Part shown: piece after piece, positions 55,940 to 64,000 of the stretch
How positions within the stretch are numbered: position 1 is the first letter of the stretch
Layout: every line of letters begins with the position of its first letter
Source: Eledone cirrhosa
Taxonomy: Eukaryota
NCBI GenBank assembly: GCA_964016885.1
Contig: OZ024740.1
Coordinates: 263,376,001 to 263,440,000 of the forward strand
Length of the DNA: 64,000 bases
Direction: 5' to 3'
Notes under the pieces: generated by a model
Seen by the model: only the letters and a program-made list of their open reading frames with translations
What the model was told of the DNA's origin: nothing
Database searches by the model: none
Made by a program: the position numbers and the translations under genes

Positions 55940-56534
55940 TCAGGCAGCAGCCTTGCAATCTTTGCAGAACAAATACTCACTAAACTGCTGTCCTTCGACC
56001 CCACCGCCAGTAGCTGCTATTAGTTTAAAACCCTGATTTAGAAGCCTCTGCAATACTTGTACGGAATTTAATTTGCAAAATCCGTTCAAAGGAAATCGAA
56101 TAACATATCTGTTTTCCATGTTCCAACCTGAATTCCTGGAATCCATTAGAGCAGAGCTAAGTTCAGGAAACACCTCCTCCAAAAGCGCTCTCTCCGCGCT
56201 TAATGTGATTCTCTCCCCTAGATCGGGGCTTATGCTGATTGCAATGCAGTCGCAGTATTCCTTCTCTTCTTTCTTCACTACGATCTTTTGTTTACTTTTC
56301 CTATAAAGTTCCACATCTTTTACCATACTTGTGAGGTCATAATATTTCGCTTCCTCCCATAACTGTTCAATTTCGTTGAAGTTATCCGGTAGTATCAGTT
56401 TAGCACTCCTTAGATAATTCAGTATATGTCGGAACATTTTGCCATCTCTGTCAATGAAATAGTGTTGCTTGAGACTGTCCAGAACAATAGGTATGCTTCC
56501 ATTGAACATTCGGGCTAGCTTAGACTCTGGAAAT
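55940..56534 (-). CDS. KCTD15: Terminal coding exon of a KCTD1/KCTD15-like BTB/POZ (T1) domain protein (tiwaz-like)
   Basis: 'FPESKLARMFNGSIPIVLDSLKQHYFIDRDGKMFRHILNYLR...EEAKYY...SPDLGERITLS...VIRFPLNGFCKLNSVQVLQRLL..GF...GGGVEGQQFSEYL' is diagnostic of KCTD1/15. The acceptor is ttgttctacttttacAG|A (phase 2) at 56535/56534, and the stop TGA is at 55940. I did not find the upstream exon(s) in the window. KCTD1 versus KCTD15 orthology cannot be resolved. Confidence 0.93.
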
Positions 56535-56629
56535 CTGTAAAAGTAGAACAATTTTGAAGAGGTGAGTGAATCAATTAATAAAAGAATAAGTTAAAAAGTA
56601 ATCAGACAATTTGTAATAAAAATAATAAT

Positions 56630-56846
56630 GGCTTCTGATTTAACAACAAGACTAACAATATATGGAGAAAGTGAAAGTCGATCGTATTAACCCCAGTGCA
56701 TTACTGGTGCTTTATTGATCAACCCCGTAAGGATGAAAGGCAAAGCTAGCCTCGGCTGGATTTGAATTCAGAACGTATAGGGCTGTAAATCTATGCCACA
56801 AAGTATGTTGTCCGACGCCCAACTGATACTGCAAATCCACGGCCCT

Positions 56847-56847
<1 letters not shown>
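56630..56847 (-). mobile_element. tRNA-derived SINE (family A), intronic
   Basis: CCCCGTAAGGATGAAAGGC...GGATTTGAATTC...GATACTGCAAATCCAC. Confidence 0.8.
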
Positions 56848-56889
<42 letters not shown>

Positions 56890-56890
<1 letters not shown>

Positions 56891-57830
56891 TAAAATATGA
56901 CAAGAAAAATCCTATACGCCCCGCAACACACCCCAACGAAGAAACTGAATAGGTAGGAGATGGAAATGCAAAATTCACACAAACTTGTTAAGAAGCACTG
57001 GATTAAATGCCGAGACTGTTGATTTTTAATTGCCGCACAAAAGCAACGCATCCCCACCAGCAACCACCTAAATTACACAATGAAGCAGAAAACAGCAAGT
57101 AATTGCAAAATATGTGGTGGTGAGGCAAAAACAATTAACCATGTTATGTCTGGCTGCCCTGTCTTAGACATGATATTATATGCACTTCATTTCGACTAAA
57201 CGAAATACAAGCAGGAAAAAAGGTGGTAAGGATACACGCTAGAGAATTTGCCAGAGAATGAGAAATCAGCCATTCTCCGGGATATACCAAAATAAATAAA
57301 CAGAGAGTTCAAAACGAATCGAACAGATATTGTAGAGAAAACTACGAAACGGAAAACGTCTTTGTATCAATCCCCACAGATGAGAATATATCCATTAAGA
57401 AATGGAGGAAGTATCTAAACATAAAGATATAGGGGTTGAAATAGCCCGAATGTGGATGATGAAAACAGAAACAATCCTCATAGGTGCTTTGGAAATAATA
57501 GAAAAGCACACAGGCAGATATATAATCCAGACGCCACGACCTAAAGACACCAGGAAACTGGAGAATCAGAAACGTAGAAGTGGTAATGATTGTGGATGGT
57601 GCACTGGGGGAAGTAAGTAGAAGGTTGGATGCATAGTTTGAGAAGCTAGGAATTACTATCGGGAAAGGATTGTTGCAAAAGGCAGCCTTGCTCGGACAGC
57701 AAGAATTCCAAGAAGAGGGTTGGAAAGGTGAAGGAGAAAGAATGGCCCAAAGAACATTTGGTCATTGGCTATGGCTCGCTTTTATGGTACAGTGTAGGTA
57801 TAACATTTGCAAGAACAAAAAGCGTTACGA
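56890..57830 (+). mobile_element. Degenerate Dong/R4-clade 3' fragments (two RLE ends)
   Basis: 'GLNAET...IAAQ', 'CKICGGEAKTINHVMSGCPVL', 'KHKDIGVEIARMW..KTETILIGAL' and a second 'WRIRNVEVV.IVDGALG...LQKAALLGTARI'. Preceded by (TAA)n and followed by (GAA)n(TAA)n. Confidence 0.8.
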
Positions 57831-57841
57831 AGAAGAAGAAG

Positions 57842-57873
<32 letters not shown>

Positions 57874-58013
57874 CAATAATAATAATAATAATAAGAAGAA
57901 GAAGAAGTACTACAACAACGACAACGACAACGACGACGACAACAACAACAATGACGACGACAACGACAACGACAACAACAACTACTACTACTACTACTAA
58001 TACTACTACTACT
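57829..58013. repeat. Compound trinucleotide repeat (GAA)(TAA)(GAC/AAC)(TAC)
   Basis: Direct reading. Confidence 0.95.
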
Positions 58014-59199
58014 AGTGCCGTAAGTGTACACAAGAAGGAATGGTCCGTAGAATCAGATGTCTTCATTTAAAATTTCCTACAACTGTTTCATTGATTTTTG
58101 GGTTAGATGTCTTTATTCTATACAACCAAAGTCCTTAGATGTTAGAAATAAATAGCAAATAGACAGAGAATATTACGGCATATTTTTTATTTTTATAATT
58201 GGACGGTCTGGGATAAGAGCGTGTGCTCATAGTATTTCCGAGGCTGATTACATAAGTATTCCTCTTTAACATTTACGATTTGACAGTTGTCTAAGAAGGG
58301 AATTTTAGATTGTGCACGTGAATGACTATTATTAATACGAGAATCGGGGGTTGACATAGTTTTAGTGGCGAGAGACTAGGGGTAGGTACGAATATGTCGG
58401 GAGGGGGTCGAAATTGTCAGTTGGGGCTGAATTAAGGTAACACATGACTAGCCAGCTCTGATGAGTGGAGGAACATCTACTCGCTCTAACGAATAAGCGT
58501 CTTCAGACAAAACGCCAAGAACACAGTGTAAAGAACTAGCTTTTGTAAAGCCAATAATTCAAAAAAAAATCTATCAACTGGATACATATATGTGTGTATG
58601 TACGCATGTGCCTGCACTGCACACGCAGACCTATATGGAAATATCCGTAAATATACATCGCATAAATGTATCAAGTTAACAAGATTTGATATCTATTAAG
58701 AAACACGGACAGAAGTGTTTACGAGAGAGACAAAGCAAAGGGGGACAATAGAGCAGTGTCATGAAGAGAAAAAGATAGAGAAAGCGAGCGGGTGGGCGTC
58801 TGTAAAGGTAGAGAGGAGATTAAGAAAGGGAAAGAGGAAAGTGTAGGAAAGGAAGGAAAGATATTCACTTGCGTTATATAATTTACTGTATCGTTTAATG
58901 TTGTTCATCTGACACAACTAGATAAACACCAGTTTAAATAGTCACCGACTGCTGTTACAAACGGATGGAAATAATCAAATCAAATCAAAAACCGAGAACT
59001 GCATTGGTTTTGAAAAGATGCCAAGTCTGTCTACATAAATCTGGCATCGACCTTCGACAATCAAGTTACGTAGAAAATTACATTGCCATTCCTTCTCATA
59101 TTCTCACTCTTACACACACATATACTTTCAATAGTTCTCTCCCTCTTTCCCTCCCTCTCTCACGCCGTCCAACTCTAAATTGTTTTCTCCTTCTTTTCC

Positions 59200-59277
<78 letters not shown>

Positions 59278-59638
59278 AAATACACAATTGGTTTGTATCA
59301 CTTACTTTGTCCCATTACACCATTTTGCTCTCCCCCCTCTCTCTCTCTCCCTTCCTTTTTCTCTTTCATTTTATTGCTCTCTTTAGCTCTCGCAGTTGAC
59401 CCCACTCTGCAATTGACTTGTGTCGTCTACAGTGTAAATGCTCTGATCTCGATAGGTTTCAGACGCACCATTAACCACAATGTCGAGAGCAGGTTTTTTT
59501 TCTTTTCATTTCTTTCTTTCTTGTGTTTTTATTTTTTACTTTTTTTCTATTTTCCTTATTTCGTTTACAAGTGAGCCGGCTGGGTGATTAGATAATATGC
59601 AAGATGCAAGATTTGATATTTAGTGGTCTTCTCCTCTC

Positions 59639-59723
<85 letters not shown>

Positions 59724-59785
59724 ATATATATATATATATATTCCATTTCTCCCCCTCCCTCTCTATATACCTATCTCACCCTGTC

Positions 59786-59833
<48 letters not shown>

Positions 59834-59910
59834 CACACACACACACATATATATATATACATATATGCATACATATATCTACATAAACATGTATACATAT
59901 ATACATAAAC

Positions 59911-59941
<31 letters not shown>

Positions 59942-60106
59942 TAATAAGTATAGACGAGGTATGAAATTTGCATTAAGTTTATTCAGGTTTGACACAATTA
60001 ATCAGCTCAAATATCTATCTCAATTGATTGGGTTCGATACTGGAATAAAAAGCTTACCAGACTGCTGTTAGTTTAATCATATATGAATACCCCCCCCCCC
60101 CCTACC

Positions 60107-60143
<37 letters not shown>

Positions 60144-60282
60144 TGTGATCCTTCTGTATCTGTACACCTGAAGAAGGGCTGAAGCCCGACACGTCCAACT
60201 TTCTTTCCTCTTTCCAATTTACAGCGTGAAACTAATGAGAGTTTGTGTGCGTCTGTTTGTTGTCCCCTTGAAATATATGTAT

Positions 60283-60371
<89 letters not shown>

Positions 60372-60404
60372 TGTGTGTGTGTGTCTGTGTGTGTGTGTGT
60401 GTAT

Positions 60405-60440
<36 letters not shown>

Positions 60441-60589
60441 TTGTGTGTGTGAGTGTATACACACTCCTACATATATATATATATATAGTTGTGTGTGTGA
60501 GTGCGTGTGTGTGGATGTATATAAATATACATATACTTGTGTGTGTGTGTGTATATATATATACATATCACACACACACACACACACGC

Positions 60590-60636
<47 letters not shown>

Positions 60637-60814
60637 TGTGTATTAGCTTAGTATGCTCTCTTAAAACTGAATTCCCATATATACATCTTATTGTATATTT
60701 GTCGTTATTTTTATGTCTACACATATGTCCTTTCATATACGTATCTATGTAATTATCTATTCATGTCGACTTGATCCACCCTCTATCCCCTTCTCTCGTT
60801 CTCTGTATCTCTCC

Positions 60815-60916
<102 letters not shown>

Positions 60917-61256
60917 AATATATATGTATCCGTCCATCCTCCTATATGAGCAAGCTGACTTTATCTGTTCAAGTTAAAATTCATCCTATTGTTGAGATAA
61001 CATTGTATCCCTTATGAGATCAATATTGAATACATCGTCTTCGAACATTATACGAATGCCAATGCAATAAGATCTACAAAGAATCGACGTTCTCTCTTAC
61101 AATGAATAATCAGAATTTGGGGCATCGATAATGTCAAAACGCCACAAAATATTTCAGTTGTTTGTATTGTCATTACTATATGCTTGTTCCACCTATATTG
61201 GAATCAAACTCAGAGCGTAGAACAACGTAATTATTACCCTTAAGAACGTGCTTGAA

Positions 61257-61420
61257 AGGCAGTGAATTGCCAGAATCGTGAGAACGTCAGATATAATGCT
61301 TTGGGACACTCGTTTCGACTGTCTGATCCTTGAATTCAAATGTCGCCGAGATCAATTATGCCTTTCATCCTTTCGAGGTCGATAAAGAAAGTACCTGTCT
61401 AGTACTGGGGTCGATACTTT
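61257..61420 (+). mobile_element. Diverged SINE (family A-related)
   Basis: GGCAGTGAATTGCCAGAATCG...GAATTCAAAT...GCCTTTCATCCTTTCGAGGTCGATAAA. Confidence 0.7.
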
Positions 61421-62583
61421 TATATATCTCTTTCTCACTTCCATTCTCTCATTCATTCTCTGCAAGATATCTGCTGTAGGGGAGATGTTGAAATGCCCTA
61501 GAAACGCCGTATGTCAATAAGGTGCTCCTACTACTCACTAAAGAGTTAGGGGTCCATGCATGCACGAATATATTTATACGTTCGACCAATTTTATATCTC
61601 GATTATATCTTTTTCATATAATACATGTAATATTGACGTAGAGATAATTCTGTACTGATCCTTGCTTTATTAATCCGATTTCTGCTTTCTCAAAGTTAGA
61701 TCATTTAAACAAATTATTTTTTGAACTGGTTAATGTTCTACAAACGTTCTAAAATACCAATATCACATTTTATAAGTACAGCATACAGTTTTCTATGAGT
61801 TTAACATACAGAGAAGTGTAATGAGACCGGTTCAAACGGGGAAAATATTTGTATTAAGCGTAAATCGATGTTACAACATCACTAGTGGAAAAGTTTGAGT
61901 AGTTCAAGATTAAGGTGATTTAGATAAGTAAATATTATACCTGTGAATATATTGTGAAAGAATTCTTAGGCAACTTTATAATTTTGCGTACTAGAATAAC
62001 ATTTATTAGAGCTATTTTATTGTTTCGTCAAAGGTACATCATTGAATCTAGATATTTTAGATTATTTGTTACAATTCAGATAATTAAGAAACAACATTGG
62101 AAAATGTTGGTTCATAAGTCAAGAAAATAGTCTCCAGTCTGTAAGACATTAATCTATGGCAACATAAAGTTATAATATGCTTAAAAGGTGCATTGAATGA
62201 TTAGAAGGGTGTAGTTCACATAAACCTATTTCAAATTACCTATAAATGATCATGGCTACCATCCTATATTAGATGACCTGTGTTGGTCCTTCTCACATCA
62301 TAAGCGTAAAGGTTTCTGCCTTCGCTTTCTTAAAACTATTCCCATTTTACAATATGTGACTCAATCACTCTCTATTTTGATCTCTCTAACACGAACAACC
62401 CAACCAGGAGCTGGACATATTGACGGAGTAAAACACTTCAAAAACATGTGTACTTGTCTCTACCACACCAATTCGGATTGTCTGAAGAGGTCACAGCGAA
62501 TGATGGCTGTCACCGAATTATATATAGCAGTACATCTTTAATAAACGAAGCCAAATTTTAAATATTTGACTTAATTATTTTAA

Positions 62584-62609
<26 letters not shown>

Positions 62610-62614
<5 letters not shown>

Positions 62615-62940
62615 TATTTTTATATGTGACTTGAGAATGATGTTAAATATTTTTACTGTATAACAATTTGAGAATTAATGCCTCATGTTTCGTATGTATG
62701 TCTATATACATACATCGATACTTACACACATATATACATATATATATATATATATTTAGAAACACACAGATACATGCGGACGCACACATATATACATGAA
62801 CGCATCCGCACCCAACTGTGAGTTAAGGGTGCCAACTTCACCGATGTTGCTCAATGAATGACTGGGACAGACCAATTCAGTTTGAACCAGACTGAACCAG
62901 TATCAGAGTTAAAAAATACATTATGAAGAGAGAAGACATA

Positions 62941-63005
<65 letters not shown>

Positions 63006-63015
63006 TATATATGTG

Positions 63016-63084
<69 letters not shown>

Positions 63085-63197
63085 AAGTATCGATGTATGT
63101 ATATAGACATATATACGAAACATGAGGCATTAATTCTCAAATTGTTATACAGTAAAAATATTTAACATCATTCTCAAGTCACATATAAGAATAAATA
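62610..63197. repeat. Inverted repeat (~120-bp unique arms extended by microsatellites, ~350-bp spacer)
   Basis: 62610-62730 is the reverse complement of ~63077-63197 (TATATGTGACTTGAGAATGATG... / ...CATCATTCTCAAGTCACATATA). Confidence 0.92.
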
Positions 63198-64000
63198 AAC
63201 AATGCTAAATGTAAAGGGTTTTTTTCTTCCCGCTGCATATATAACATATTATATATATATATAAGGACATCTCTCCAGGAAAAGTTCACTCTGATATAAA
63301 ACTTGCGACTTCGTTTGCATCCAAAAATGTAGACCAGTTCTTCTTTTTGGGAAAATGCATTCAATATTCAGAGAGTGGGATTGGCTCCGTGCAAAACTTT
63401 TCCTCATGTAAAAAACTTCAAGCACAGGCATCGGTGATGCATGACATTGCTAGCCATACGCTAGCTCTTAACAGCGATGGCATTACTCGAAATCGAGTTG
63501 CAGCCATCATATACATTTACACATACATGCATGTCTATACGTATATATATATTTAAAAGAATAGAGGTGTAACACACGAGTTGTGATATATTGGTAAAAG
63601 GAAAAGAAAATGCTGACAAATTGTTCCCAGTGAAAAATAGTTTAATTAGGAATAAGTAAAAATTAGTAATAAGTATTGGTTAGTATTCATTTTTAGTTTT
63701 AAGTCTTTACCGGTTGCGCATTTCTAATGCTTTTCAAAAATAATTTTGAGATAGAGCGCCCGTGATGTTTGCTGTAATCTGATTAGTTTTGGAAATTCTA
63801 CCTGTTTTATGTGAGAGAGAGATGTATAATCTTATTATGTAACTTGTGGTCACTAGCTTGTCGAACCGAATTTGATGGTCTTACTGAGTCCGTCACGCGT
63901 TGGGCTGTGCTCTAGGTTTAAGGCAGCTGTAATTTGCAGAGTGTGGATGGTACCATTAAGAGTCGAGTTCCGATCGCATGTTCAAACCCGAGCTGATCGT

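Noticed and set aside
56535-56551. N-terminal 'MFYFY' start of the 203-aa ORF
   Set aside because: This is the intron's polypyrimidine tract and acceptor read in frame. The real start lies in an upstream exon.
57807-58070. Poly-Arg/Ile/Thr ORFs
   Set aside because: They come from the compound trinucleotide tail behind the R4/Dong fragments.

Overview
AT-rich, microsatellite-dense eukaryotic DNA. The SINE families and repeat landscape look like a cephalopod (octopus-type) genome, which is an inference. The only host coding sequence I can support is the terminal exon of a KCTD1/KCTD15-like BTB gene (minus strand, 55940-56534). The rest is mostly retroelements: a decayed near-full-length Dong/R4-clade RLE LINE (9.4-13.4 kb, -), a decayed Tx1/L1-clade APE LINE (13.6-18.8 kb, +), several Penelope-like element (PLE) fragments with GIY-YIG/RT remnants and inverted pseudo-LTRs, RTE fragments, nested non-autonomous Helitrons and many tRNA-headed SINEs. 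The most striking unannotated signal is a set of type I hammerhead ribozyme (HHR) motifs with short, often palindromic stem III and long stem II. They sit in PLE ends, in ORF-less fold-back hairpins, and in a non-coding ~538-bp unit present as 1.6 tandem copies plus an inverted copy (34.55-35.72 kb), which looks like a retrozyme-type, Penelope-mobilised circular-RNA element. Several PLE families carry a non-canonical CCGANGA core. All alignments and folds were done by eye, so coordinates are approximate to a few bases. Most ORFs in the supplied track are microsatellite artefacts.
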